A stretch of 63,886 nucleotides of DNA, the filler included, from Octopus bimaculoides (lineage: Eukaryota), in assembly GCF_001194135.2 (NCBI RefSeq). It is 9 parts of 9 records of this genome, joined end to end, with 100 filler letters (N's around TTAATTAATTAA, not from the genome) between each part and the next. Parts side by side here need not be neighbours in the genome. Positions count along the whole stretch, not along the records: positions 1 to 14,139 come from NC_068993.1; 8 more parts are not named here. One strand, 5' to 3'. Positions 1-10,756 of the stretch are shown here, one piece after another. Position numbers and translations under genes: made by a program. Below the pieces are notes generated by a model, which saw only the letters and a list, made by a program, of their open reading frames with translations, was not told the DNA's origin and searched no databases. Every line of letters starts with the position of its first letter. The first letter of the stretch is position 1.

Positions 1-328
1 ATATATATATATATATATACATACGTACATATGCACACACATATATATATATCGACTTTCGATTCCCTATGGTAGCTATTTTAGTTGCCTATTCGCCTGT
101 CGGTGTCTTCGAAGTATATGCTAATAATACAACTCACATTTTCCTTTCGCATGAATTCAGTTGACCTGATATCCCTTCGATGGATGCCATTGATTAAGTA
201 AGATGGATCTACTAGCTTTACATACTTATGTTCGTAAGTTACGTAATATGATCATTCGGGAAACCATACGCACATAGGTGCGTAAGGTTGGTTATCAAGA
301 GAAAGATAGATAGATCGATAGATAGATG

Positions 329-391
<63 letters not shown>

Positions 392-746
392 GAGGTGTAT
401 TCCGTTAAGAACGTATTAGAGTACGAAATAGAGCCAGTTGGATGCGATAGAATCGAAATCAAACATTTACTTACGGAGACAGCGATTTTATATCACCTGA
501 GGCGATACAACTAGCTCCTATTATACAGGCAAACCCTTAATTTAAATTTAAATTTAAATCCTTTATATATGTAGATCTATGTTGTATGGAAACATGTGCA
601 GTGGTTATTAAAAAGCTACCGAATCGTACTCCATCTTACATATATATATACGTGTATAGTTTAAATTTATTGAAAAACAAAGAATAAGACAGGTGTAGGA
701 ACAACTAACAAGTGTATTAGTTGACACTTGGGAAAAATGGAAAAGT

Positions 747-782
747 CTTTCACGTTTCGAGTCTACGCTCTTCGACAGAAAG
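747..782 (-). ncRNA. Hammerhead-like motif, second family (variant core CUGUCGA)
   Basis: Minus strand CTTT-CTGTCGA-A-GAG(CGTAGA)CTC-GAAA-CGTG-AAAG. A half copy at 16777-16798 (minus) reads GGCTC-GAAA-CGTA-AAAGAC with a valid GUA triplet. Flanks 690-790 and 16725-16798 are homologous. Confidence 0.55.
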
Positions 783-853
783 GAATAAGAGGAAATAAAT
801 AGACATAATAAAAAAAAAAGATCTTGAGTTCAGTGGTCCAACAAGACGAATAC

Positions 854-889
<36 letters not shown>

Positions 890-2570
890 TTATACATAGA
901 TACACATGCATATATATTTACGTTCATATTTGTGTGAACGTATATACGTATGTATGTATGTATGTATATATATATATATAAGCACATATTCAGTACATAT
1001 ATAACAGAGAAAACGAGAAAGAAATATCGCTTGTTCATATGTGTAGGGGCAGACGTTAAAGTAATTGTAAAACATGAAATTTAAAACGTACGGCTTTATA
1101 CTACAACATGAAGGAACTAAATAGAATCGCATTTGCATCAACAAACAGACGCATATTAATACAAACATGTCTTCATATTACAAGACAAACGTAAATATGG
1201 CGGATTCCAAAGCAAATATTTTTTCAATCGAAATGGCAGGATCGTAATTGTGGAATATAAATAAAAGAAACAGAGAATATTTAAGAACAAAAGCCGTTAT
1301 GGAGTAAACAATATTTAGTTAGTAAACAGTATTTATAAATGAGAGAAGCGATGGCTGGTACAATCAGTAGGACGACACATGAAATAAATTGTTGAATCGC
1401 CGTATGGCTAAGAATTACAATTAGCAACCACAGAGTGCATGTTTCGATCTCATTGTGCTGGACCTATGGCAAGTAGCTTTTGATCTACGTCTGAGAACGG
1501 AATCGGGTTGAGATAAATCGTGAGGTGGTCATTCGAATGATAATCACCACTCACCCCTCACTGCTGTTTAGGTCCCATATTAGCCTTCATAGAGCTAAAT
1601 CATAATCAAAGGCTTTCCAACCGTGACTATCCCATCTTATTTTTTTTTATAAGTACATTGTCCAGTGTGTACTTATATGTGGCATGTGAAATGAAGTTGA
1701 TTTGGTAGCAACTTGTTAAAGGTTGAGCAACGACTGTCATAGAGGCAGCATTTTGTGTGAGTTGATGAATCCTCCGGTGCGATTTGCAGAGCAGAGTCCA
1801 GTTATGATCCAGTGTATTGTAAGGATGTATTCGTTGAAAGTTTCGTTCAAGAAGAAACGACGAATGCTGTCTCTTTCATTTCGTTCCGTTAGGGACAGAT
1901 GCATTGCTAAAGTTTACGCTTTGGTACCTAATCCTCATGATGTCAATTTTTCAGTTTGGAAGACCATAGAAGGGTAAATGTTAGACAACGACTACGAATA
2001 TATGTGAGTGCATTTGGTAGACGGAAACTGAAAGAAGCCCGTCGTATATATATATAAATATAAATATATATANNNNNNNNNNNNNNNNNNNNNNNNNNNN
2101 NNNNNNNNNNNNNNNNNNNNNNNNNNNNNNNNNNNNNNNNNNNNNNNNNNNNNNNNNNNNNNNNNNNNNNNNNNNNNNNNNNNNNNNNNNNNNNNNNNNN
2201 NNNNNNNNNNNNNNNNNNNNNNNNNNNNNNNNNNNNNNNNNNNNNNNNNNNNNNNNNNNNNNNNNNNNNNNNNNNNNNNNNNNNNNNNNNNNNNNNNNNN
2301 NNNNNNNNNNNNNNNNNNNNNNNNNNNNNNNNNNNNNNNNNNNNNNNNNNNNNNNNNNNNNNNNNNNNNNNNNNNNNNNNNNNNNNNNNNNNNNNNNNNN
2401 NNNNNNNNNNNNNNNNNNNNNNNNNNNNNNNNNNNNNNNNNNNNNNNNNNNNNNNNNNNNNNNNNNNNNNNNNNNNNNNNNNNNNNNNNNNNNNNNNNNN
2501 NNNNNNNNNNNNNNNNNNNNNNNNNNNNNNNNNNNNNNNNNNNNNNNNNNNNNNNNNNNNNNNNNNNNNN

Positions 2571-2675
2571 GAGTTTCCTAACATTTTTTTTTGTCTCTCT
2601 TAAATTGGGTTTCTCTCTATTATTAACCACTTGAATTTTCAGCGACGGCTATTTATTGTTGACCTCAAGCACGTC
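2571..2675 (+). repeat. Near-identical repeat of about 105 bp (second copy 6345-6450)
   Basis: GAGTTTCCTAACATTTTTTTT..CAGCGACGGCTATTTATTGTTGACCTCAAGCACGTCT is present at both loci. Confidence 0.9.
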
Positions 2676-3470
2676 TGTATGTGTGTGTATATGTTCGTGT
2701 GTCTATGTTTGTCCCCCAAACATCGCTTGACAACCGATGCTGGTGTGCTTACGTCCTCGTAACTTAGCGGTTCGGCAAAAGGGACACACACGTGTTTGTG
2801 TGTGTGTGTGCATTTTTGTATGTGTGCTTGTGACTTTGGTGTCTTACAAAATCTAACCAGGAGCCACGTTACGTTGACCGCCGTTCGTGAGTCAGGTATT
2901 AATAAATTAAACTTCGGTGATGAACTGGAAATTGGTTAATCGACTAGAACTCTTGTCTGCTAGTGATATGGCCTCGTGCTAATGAGAGAAAAATCAGCTT
3001 TCACTGTGAAAATGGATTCGTTCTTAACGTGAACTACAAGGGATACTTTGAATATCTTAGAATATTTTGCATTGTTCTTCTTTGTTATGGATTCTGATTT
3101 GAAATCCTGGTATAAAAATATAAAATCTAAAACTAAAAAAATCGAAAGTTAAAAAATTCGATTTCAAAAACATTCCATTTTGAAAATCCAAACTTTCATT
3201 AGTCTGTGATCGATGAAGTAAGTATCAAGCATGACCTGGCATCAATTCAATCAAATCCAATCATATGAAATCGAATATTACCCTCTCTTCCAAAATTTTC
3301 AATTTCTCATATGAAAACGGAGTGGAAAAATCAATATTTACAATTAAGTTGACGAGCGCCAAAGAGCAAGTTGTAATTTCTCGAGAAATCGAGATCGTAA
3401 AAATGGATCAATCAACTTTTGATGGTAATTCATTCGACTTACGCTGCTAATCACCGGGGNNNNNNNNNNA

Positions 3471-3770
3471 CGTCAAAGGATCTAATTTCTAGCCCTTAAG
3501 GGCACAAGTCTTGGAGGGATCCAGTGTTCGGATAAAACTGCCAGAAACAGCAGCAAAATTTCCTCCAAACCTCATACTTTTAAGGAAAAAAAAAAACGAA
3601 GAAATAATTTGTACGGGGTGTAGTGTTAACATCAAAGCGTCTAATTAGTGTGCCTTAAAGCACAGGTCTTTAAGAGATTCAGTGTTTCAAGCAAACTGCC
3701 AGAAACAGCAGCAAAATTTCCTTCATACCACAGTCTGCCACAAAAAAAATAGAAAAAGAAACAATTTGTT
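3471..3770 (+). repeat. Tandem duplication of about 160 bp
   Basis: AAACTGCCAGAAACAGCAGCAAAATTTCC occurs at about 3535 and 3693, with homologous flanks. Confidence 0.8.
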
Positions 3771-4208
3771 TGAAGCATTGCAGGGTTACGATATCCGTTG
3801 AAGTAAGACTGGACGTTAACGCATTAAAATCAAAAGCCTGCTCAAGCAGAATACCTGGAACTAAACAATCACAATATGATACCTTGTACTTCGATAAATA
3901 GGAGCGGTTGATTTGCTATTTTTGATTGAAAACACAAACCAACATGGCAGCCTTTATATGCTTATTGAATCTGCAAGAGCATATAACGAATTCTTCATCA
4001 AACGATACTACTCAGTTTTTAAAAACGGGAATAGCTAGAACATTAGATACTAAAGTCCTTGATAGCCTGAAAAGGACAGGGCCTTCTAGGCCGGAATGCA
4101 TATGATTAATGCTGGATCAAGGTTGATTTAGAGCGAGCTAATTAGCAAAAACAAAATAATAGACAAACATAAACAAACAAATAAAAGAGCTATGAACATA
4201 TAATAATA

Positions 4209-4290
4209 AGGTGTCTTGGGGAAATTTCGAACTTGGGTTCTCATTTCTAAGGTATTTTTATCGATGTTATTATTATTCCAATTATTATTC

Positions 4291-4324
<34 letters not shown>

Positions 4325-4325
4325 G
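4209..4325 (-). mobile_element. Truncated arm of the same palindromic element
   Basis: aggtgtcttggggaaatttcgaacttgggttctcatttctaaggtattttt matches the arm body and breaks off at the start of the hammerhead core. Confidence 0.7.
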
Positions 4326-4965
4326 AATATATAGAATGGATGAAAAAGATTCCGTGTCAGGTATCCCTTGTTAATGACATTAATGAGAAGCAAAGTGACT
4401 AATTTACCGTTTTCATTACAGATTCATCAGGAAAGTCAAAGCAGCGACAATGACACCATTTATTAGCGTCTCTCAGATCGATAGCAGTCAGGGAGGTTGT
4501 TATTCTCAAGCTGGATAACCTCGCCGGAATGCCTGCAACAAAATGAGCTCTGCCAGTAAAACCCAAGCGTATCCTGGTGCTGGAGTTAAACTGCTTCAAG
4601 GATTATGTCTACGACCCAAGAACACAAAATGCAAACAAGCAGGTACACGTTACTGTCCGATGTTCTAATACTTCCACCAACCCATCATTAATTTTGTTGA
4701 CCCTGAAAGTATAAACCAATTTCACCTCGGTGAGATCAGAACTCTGAGTGCAATGAGCCAAAACAAATGTGCAGAGCATTTTGTAACGCCAAACGACTTA
4801 GTCGAGTGTCTCTATGATGCATTCGATATTTTTTAGCTGAGCAAATTATGTGATTGAAACTATGTATTTCTCTCATCACGAACTACAGAGAAAAATTATA
4901 AATATACATTATTACATTATTACATAATTTACATCTGAAGGATATTTCTGCTCATCTCGTTTGTT

Positions 4966-5011
4966 ATTAACCCGTTTCGGCTGATATACACTCCAGCCTT
5001 CATCAGGTGTC
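4966..5011 (-). ncRNA. Hammerhead motif, degenerate 3' end
   Basis: Minus strand GACAC-CTGATGA-A-GGCTG(GAGTGTATAT)CAGCC-GAAA-CGGGTT. Core and stem II are intact but the NUH site is disrupted. Confidence 0.65.
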
Positions 5012-5013
5012 GA

Positions 5014-5051
<38 letters not shown>

Positions 5052-5141
5052 TCACTGCTTGGAATCGAACTCGGAATCTTGGGGTTAGTAGCCCGTGCTC
5101 TTAACCACTACGCCATATGCCCACGGGCAGTGACCTGAATC

Positions 5142-5201
<60 letters not shown>

Positions 5202-5248
5202 TCGAAAAATACGTTAGGAATGGGAACCCAGGTTCGAAACTTCCCCAA

Positions 5249-5294
5249 GACACCTGATGAAGGTTGGAGAGTATATCAACCGAAACGTTGTGTT
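5249..5294 (+). ncRNA. Minimal type I hammerhead ribozyme motif (Penelope-type)
   Basis: GACAC-CTGATGA-A-GGTTG(GAGAGTATAT)CAACC-GAAA-CGTT-GTGTT. Stem I GACAC/GUGUU, full core, stem II 5 bp, palindromic AACGUU in place of stem III. Predicted cut GUU^ after 5289. Confidence 0.8.
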
Positions 5295-6659
5295 AACAAC
5301 AAACAAGATGAGGACAAATATCTGTCAAATGTAAATAATGTAAACAATATAAATAATTCCTCATCTCTTAAATATAGAACTTAACTATAAATATGTTGTA
5401 CAATATTGGTACAATTTTTGGAACAAGGCGAGCAAGTTCGAGAAGTGGGTAAGTCGATTACATCGCTCCAAGTACTCAGCTTGTACTTATTTCATCGACC
5501 CCGAAAGTTCAAAATGCAAAGCTGACTTCAAAGGTATTTGAACTCAGAACGGAAAGACAAACGAAATGCTGCTAAGCTTTATGCTTGGCATGCTAACATA
5601 TAATGTACAATATTTGTACTTTAAAAAAAGGGTTTCTAACATACCAGCAACTCATAAATGTGTGTTCAAAGTTGAACTGATTAAAAATCAATACTGGCAA
5701 GTTGCTAGAATTATGTTATGGTCGCAAAAATAATTAAAGTTAAGTCAACTGCGATAGTATTTGAACTGAGAACATGAACAGACATAGCAAATAGCGTCAA
5801 ATATATGTAATCTATTCTTTCTTAGTCACAGGGCTTCAAAGAGATATAACAAAATTCAATTAACTCTAACGAAGAAAGAATTTATAGAATATGCAGGGAT
5901 TAGACAGTGTTACGTAAAAATTAGGGAAATAGTGAGGATGTTATACAATATACAGGTTAAACATTTATTAAACCATGAATAATATGACATTATATAGAAC
6001 CCACTATCATGGAAGCAAGATCTAGTTTAAATTTGTAACACCTAAAAATCATTTAGAATTATCCGCTGACACAAATGTGTAATCTCTGACTAGATTGCGC
6101 AGGGCGGCCCTCAACTCTATTATTCGCGATTCCACGTACTAAATCCTGATGTATCCAACTGCACCGTTTAGCATGTTTAATATAGTAAAATAGCTAACTA
6201 GCCAACATCGTATCTCTTTTCCTTATATTTTTCTCACAAAACTCCCGTGAGAACTTTTTCGTGTATGAAAATTTATGATGCTTTGCCATATATGTCAAGT
6301 GTAGTCTCACTATTATAAATCCTATAATGTTTTCCTGGAAAGGTGAGTTTCCTAACATTTTTTTTTGTATTTCTTAAATTGGGTTTCTCTCTATTATTAA
6401 CCACTTGAATTTTCAGCGACGGCTATTTATTGTTGACCTCAAGCACGTCTCTTACTCTTTAGAAGATGACGAGGGAAATTCCTATGAGCAACGCGAGTGT
6501 GACAGAAACCTTGATACCAAGATCCGGTATGTCGTGAATTCCTTCTCTACTTTTTGATCTATGAGTGATGTCGTTCTTCAAAGTAGCTTCTGTTCCTGAT
6601 GATGTAACCTACACCTTCAAAACTCTTTCAGTTTTGTAGGTTTTCTGAAAACATAGATA

Positions 6660-6868
6660 AGCTTTTCTACTCTAGGCAGAAGGCCCGAACGTTTGGGGGA
6701 GGGGACAGTCGATTATATCGACCCCAGTACGCAACTGCTACTTAATTTATTGACCCCGAAAGGATGAAAGGCAAAGTTTACCTCGGTGGAATTTGAACTC
6801 AGAACGTAAAGACAGACGAAATACTGTTAAGCATTTCGACCGGCGTGCTAACGTTTCTCCCAGCTCCC
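6660..6868 (-). mobile_element. SINE family A copy (others at about 5405-5600, 17915-18125, 25675-25850, 31808-32025, 33105-33330, 37457-37640, 57765-57970, and on + 63110-63290, 63410-63585)
   Basis: Shared GGATGAAAGGCAAAG..GGAATTTGAACTCAGAACG..AAGCATTT..GCTAACG. Confidence 0.85.
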
Positions 6869-7149
6869 TTGTGAAAACAGATATTAGTCAATCTACGGCT
6901 CTAGATCAGAATACTGGCCGAACATACCACGCGTTTTGATTCATCTCAGAGTTGCATATTTGCGAAAGGAAATTCTTCACTAAACCGACATTTCTGCCAA
7001 TGTTTTCCCTATAAAACGTTCGCTAGCATTACACCTAGGTTAGCCACACAGGAGAACATATCCTGATCAGTGAGAATTGAAGGTTTCATATACATGACAT
7101 TTTTATGGAAGAACAACTGTAAAACATAGAATAAACTAAGACCTCGACA

Positions 7150-7480
7150 TATTTCAGAGAATACCAAAATACTGTAAGTCGTGCATATTCTTACAGACCG
7201 AAATTTCAAGAAATCGAGTAGTTGATTGGATCATATGCCAACAACAGAAATGTCTTTTAATAGATGACTCACTTCCAAGAGAAGGGGGCTTAATGAAGAT
7301 AAACAAAAATATTCAAATATGGAGAAGTGGCAGAAAGAATCACCAAAATCTAGTTACATAAATACAAAAGGAGGAGACCCATATAATAATAGGTACATTG
7401 TGAATGTTTAAAAACCAGATGTAGAAAGCAATGTTACAAAAACATAGAGACTTTCAAATGGATGGAATATAGTGAAAATA
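7150..7480 (+). mobile_element. Very decayed Dong-type RLE remnant
   Basis: KYGEVAERITKI* and PIIIGTL* resemble KYKDLEIEITRMW and PIIVGALG. Confidence 0.4.
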
Positions 7481-8227
7481 ACATTGATTTGCACTTCATA
7501 TATTTTAAAGAGAATGCTTATGGTAAAATAGGAAAAACACAGAAACAAAACACTGCACATTCTCAAACCGCAAAGAACTATAATAATGTGACAGCTAAAA
7601 TAATAATCTATTATCTTTTAGCGTTTACTCGTTTCACTCATTGGAATGCACATATACAAGAGCACTCCTTTGAAGGGGTTTGAAGGGGTTTTATGGACTA
7701 AATTGACCCCAGTACTTATTCTTAAATCCCGTTATTACTCTAAAGCACAATTTTACCAAATGTGTCAGTTATGGTGACATAGACAAAAGATGTATTACCG
7801 GTTGTCAAGGATGGGGGGTAAACACAAACACACACNNNNNNNNNNNNNNNNNNNNNNNNNNNNNNNNNNNNNNNNNNNNNNNNNNNNNNNNNNNNNNNNN
7901 NNNNNNNNNNNNNNNNNNNNNNNNNNNNNNNNNNNNNNNNNNNNNNNNNNNNNNNNNNNNNNNNNNNNNNNNNNNNNNNNNNNNNNNNNNNNNNNNNNNN
8001 NNNNNNNNNNNNNNNNNNNNNNNNNNNNNNNNNNNNNNNNNNNNNNNNNNNNNNNNNNNNNNNNNNNNNNNNNTCCGTCTACCAATTCACTTACAAGGCT
8101 TTTGTCGGCCCTAGGCTATAGTAGAAGACACTTGCTCAAGGTGCCACGCAGTGGGACTGAACTTGGAACCATGTGGTTGGTAAGCAGGCTACTTACCACA
8201 CAGCCACTCCTATATGCAAAGATAAAC

Positions 8228-8270
<43 letters not shown>

Positions 8271-8519
8271 AAGAGAGACAGAACATTAGCTAGCAAGCTA
8301 GGTAGATAGATAGATAGATAGATAGACAGATAGATAGATAGATAGATAGATAGATAGGCGACGAGCTTTCACACAGTTTCCTGAAATTACGTGGTAGCAA
8401 AGCGAGCTTGTTAATTACAAAAGCCATGATTATGTCTTTACAAATTAATAATAAAAAAAAAGGTAGGATATTTGCCTTCTGACAATTCGTTTATATGTGT
8501 ACGTGTTGCTAGTTGACGT

Positions 8520-9060
8520 ACCTATGATCAGAATCATTCTAGATATGAAAATCACGTCTTTGAAATATGCTTTACGTCACACTTTGCCATCCTATATCTT
8601 AGTCTTGTATGATTTGAGATACATGTGTCTACAGACTCTAGGAGAGTCTGCTACCATTTTTCTGGATACCACAGAGTGTTGTGCACAATGAATAACTAAA
8701 CATCTCTTTACAAGATGTTATGCTAGTACATGTGTGTAATAAAATAGTGTCTTAATTACGTGTGTAAACAAACGTTAGTTCTCATATTAAAGAAGTCAGA
8801 GAGAACTTTCGACTTGTGAAACAGGGTAATACATAACTAAAACGGTTAACGAATAATTTCTTCAAGCTCTTGGTAGAGCTAAAACCACCATGTTTCCAGA
8901 TTCCAGGAAGAATTCCAAAACTAGGTTCTTCACCATTCCCTAGATAAGAGACCACACCTAGAAATTCTTTCATTCTTAGATTTATCTCAATGAATATTCT
9001 GACATTGCGTTGGTGCTACATGTGGATATATCCTCGGCCACTAGTTGCGTTGAGAAGTTG
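8520..9060 (-). mobile_element. Decayed Ty3/Gypsy RT-RNase H junction
   Basis: KEFLGVVSYLG (ORF 8782-8973), then VLPCFTSRKFSL, S*SL*THVSQI and SDH, in the order of FLG..Y, PVLAYFD, SRxL..YSQI and TDH. Confidence 0.45.
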
Positions 9061-9702
9061 CTGAATTTGGGTCTATAATACTGACTGGGAAAATCTCGCA
9101 TTCTTTACTGTATTTTAGGTCGACAAGACAAAATTATATAAAACTTTTTATTACAATCTAGTTATATCATTGTTGTCTGCGGCTCGTTGCGCGTGAATTC
9201 CTACAAATCTGGGCAACTGTGGACCCAACTAATTACCCGAAACGAACCTGCTAAACTGTTGGTAAACCTAACACCCCCGGGAAGCAGATAGATACCAGTG
9301 AGTACAAGATTGGTTATGAAGAACGTGAAGCGCAGGACTACAATGATGATGGCTCGGGAATCATTTAAGTGTTGATATGTCTTCACTGTAGGAGACGACA
9401 CTCTTGGTTTTCTATTCATGGTAAAGAAATCATGTATAAGGACTGGGTGTTGGTGGGCGAAAACAAATTCAAAAGAATTGTGACATATTTGATAGGAAAT
9501 AGGCAGTCAGTATTAAGGGAATTTAGCAGTTTTAGAGAGATAATAACTCGGGGATGGTGGGGATAGAGACATGATAACGTTAGACATATCAAGATTGAGA
9601 GTCAACTGGGTGCGATTGAAGAAAGTTGCTTCAGTTTGAGATTGTCAAAATCATTCCCGCACACAACTTATTCCCCCCACCCCACATATATATACTATTT
9701 TA

Positions 9703-10106
9703 CTCTTTTACTTGTTTCAGTCTTTTTGACTGTGGCCATGCTGAAGCACCGCCTTTAGTCGAGCAAATCGACCCCAGGACTTATTCTTTAGAAGCCTGGT
9801 ACTTATTCTATCGGTCTCTACTGCCGAACCGCTAAGTTACGGGGACATAAACATACCAGCATCGGTTGTCAAGCGATGTTGGGGGGACAAACACAGACAC
9901 ACAAACACACACACACATACATATATATATATATGCATATATACGACGGGCTTCTTTCAGTTTCTGTCTACCAAATCCACTCACAAGGCTTTGGTCGGCC
10001 CGAGGCTATAGTAGGAGACACTTGCCCAAGATGCCACGCAGTGGGACTGAACCCGGGACCATGTGGTTGGTAAGCAAACTACTTACCACACAGCCACTCC
10101 TACGCC
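9703..10106 (-). mobile_element. SINE family B (tRNA head, internal TA/TG microsatellite), full copy
   Basis: Head GGCGTAGGAGTGGCTGTGTGGTAAGTAG..GGGTTCAGTCCC, body GGGCAAGTGTC..GACGGAAACTGAAAGAAGCCCGTCG, microsatellite, tail ..GACTGAAACAAGTAAAAGA. Further copies at about 1995-2800, 7700-8215, 26390-26772, 27990-28850, 31015-31140, 32668-33030, 37100-37260, 39205-39570, 40544-41185, 49990-50450 and 58590-58990. Confidence 0.85.
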
Positions 10107-10140
10107 TATATATATATATATATATATAATACAAATGATC

Positions 10141-10330
10141 TATGAGCATATGCATGTATACATACATATATGCACATACCTACATCTACATGTGCATATA
10201 GATGCATATCCGGGTACAGGACATCAAAAAGGGAACACAATGAGCACATAGGAAAACAGACGAGCCACTTATGGAACCTTTCCTTCATCAGCTGCCTCTA
10301 TTCTAAACTACGCGTATATATACACGCACG

Positions 10331-10368
<38 letters not shown>

Positions 10369-10486
10369 AACACACGCACACACACTTTCAAAAGTTCACA
10401 CGTATATGGGAAGGGTTTGTGCGCGAGTCTGTTTCTGGTGCTATCAGATATGGTTAGATCGATACCTGTCTAGGTTATCTAAGTTA

Positions 10487-10522
<36 letters not shown>

Positions 10523-10756
10523 CAAATTTAATTTGCGGTCCAAGGGAAGAGCCGTTTTAACGATGCGTCCTGCCCAGCTCTTCGAAACGCCGGTGTTAAA
10601 ACGGGGGTAGCTGATGAAATAGAATGTTCTCTATGTGGCTTGTGTGTTTTCTCGTCTAAGTTTTGTTTGCAATGTCGTGTACCCAGATATGCACCTGTAC
10701 ATACAGGTGGATGTCGGTACGCACATACCTGTACGTATATATGCATATACTCATTT
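10141..10756. mobile_element. Palindromic element with outward-facing CTGATGA arms (Penelope-like or foldback)
   Basis: 10141-10300 is an imperfect inverted repeat of 10605-10756; the shared words are TGCATATCYGGGTACASGACAT and TTCATCAGCTRC. A related element lies at 49015-49570. Confidence 0.6.

Larger units (their letters stand above)
4905..5380. mobile_element. Palindromic non-autonomous element: tRNA-like head flanked by two inverted (AAT)n-hammerhead arms (copy 1)
   Basis: Left arm 4905-5058 is the reverse complement of right arm 5127-5350, with an internal deletion in the left arm. The centre holds A box TGGCGTAGTGG (minus, 5105-5115) and B box GAGTTCGATTCC (minus, 5061-5072). Same architecture at 24769-25575. 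Confidence 0.8.

Noticed and set aside
5055-5125. tRNA gene (Ser-like anticodon loop CTACTAA)
   Set aside because: It has A/B boxes and an anticodon-like hairpin but no convincing acceptor stem, and it sits in a repeat. Treated as a SINE-type head, as are the other tRNA-like heads.
6341-6348. Consensus donor AG|GTGAGT (and GAA|GTAAGT near 3217)
   Set aside because: No matching acceptor with an open, protein-like frame upstream, and the first overlaps a repeat.
9369-9566. ORF with C-x2-C-x3-H resembling a gag zinc knuckle
   Set aside because: The fourth ligand is absent and it lies on the opposite strand to the adjacent Gypsy remnant. Similarity is too weak.
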